Part shown: piece after piece, positions 63,549 through 64,000 of the stretch
Layout of the letters: every line of letters starts with the position of its first letter
Position numbering within the stretch: position 1 is the first letter of the stretch
NCBI RefSeq assembly: GCF_006345805.1
Contig: NC_043020.1
Span: forward strand, 13,020,001 to 13,084,000
Direction of reading: 5' to 3'
DNA from: Octopus sinensis
Taxonomy: Eukaryota
DNA: 64,000 nt
Translations under genes and position numbers: made by a program
Notes under the pieces: model-generated
Databases searched by the model: none
The model's input: the letters and a program-made list of their open reading frames with translations, nothing else
Told to the model about the DNA's origin: nothing

Positions 63549-64000
63549 AATCAAGGAACATAAGATACTGTGGGATTTTACAATCCAATGTGACTTCCTA
63601 ATCAAGGCTCGGAGACCAGATATTGTTCTGGTAGATTCTGTGAGAGCGGACGGCAGCCTGCTGTCAAAGATCTCACAGAGTCTCTTTCCACACATTATAA
63701 GCTTTGATACTTGGTTGTTAATTAACGCAGGAGGCACTCAACATCCAAGTACGAATCTCAAAATCCTAGCTGTCCCCAACAGAGCAATTTTGGGGGCTTG
63801 CTCTGCTTTCATTTCAATTCCGATTTCTTTGACATATTTCTCGAACTTGGTTGTTAGTGCTCTCAATGCTACAACAACTTCTGGAATGACAGACACTCTT
63901 CTCATAGTCCACATTCTTGAAATTTCGTCTTTTAGAAATCTATTTAAAAATCTTTTCCAGTTCTTTGTCACTTATGCGTGCATCCCCAGGTATTGCAATA
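63549..64000 (-). mobile_element. RLE-type (R4/Dong/CRE-like) retrotransposon 3' region, with an oppositely oriented fragment at 63549-63636
   Basis: Minus: IAIPGDARISDKE...LKDEISRMW...KIALLGTARILRFVLGC*. Plus: KILWDFTIQCDFLIKARRPDIVLVD. Confidence 0.85.

Overview
AT-rich, repeat-dense eukaryotic DNA. The tRNA-derived SINE families and microsatellite density look like Octopus or another coleoid cephalopod; this is an inference. Most of the window is intronic sequence of one minus-strand gene whose exons splice in frame into a Cys-rich motif, two fibronectin type III (FN3) domains and the start of a beta-propeller. That arrangement is colinear with the N-terminal ectodomain of the ROS1/Sevenless receptor tyrosine kinase. 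Five confident exons: 31625-31685, 28214-28449, 25584-25668, 24124-24414, 22343-22471. Upstream of them lies a tandemly duplicated 30-nt micro-exon (35456-35485 and 34322-34351), and there is a weak candidate signal-peptide exon near 59.1-59.2 kb. The introns contain SINEs, RTE, CR1 and RLE-type LINE fragments, mariner and DD41D transposons (one nested in the other), piggyBac-like and other MITEs, Helentron/HINE-like elements, Gypsy LTR/gag relics, hammerhead-like Penelope relics, a 1-kb (AGCCA)n tract, a 3.3-kb GC-rich palindromic 70-bp satellite, a 3-kb 29-bp AT minisatellite, many local tandem duplications and a 100-N gap. The most interesting signals are the duplicated micro-exon, the hairpin satellite embedded in a Helentron-like element, a SINE dimer inserted with its own TSD, and hammerhead-like cores. 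All coordinates were counted by hand (exons and TSDs exact to my count, other repeat edges +/- about 10 bp). Homology calls come from recalled family motifs; no database search was run.
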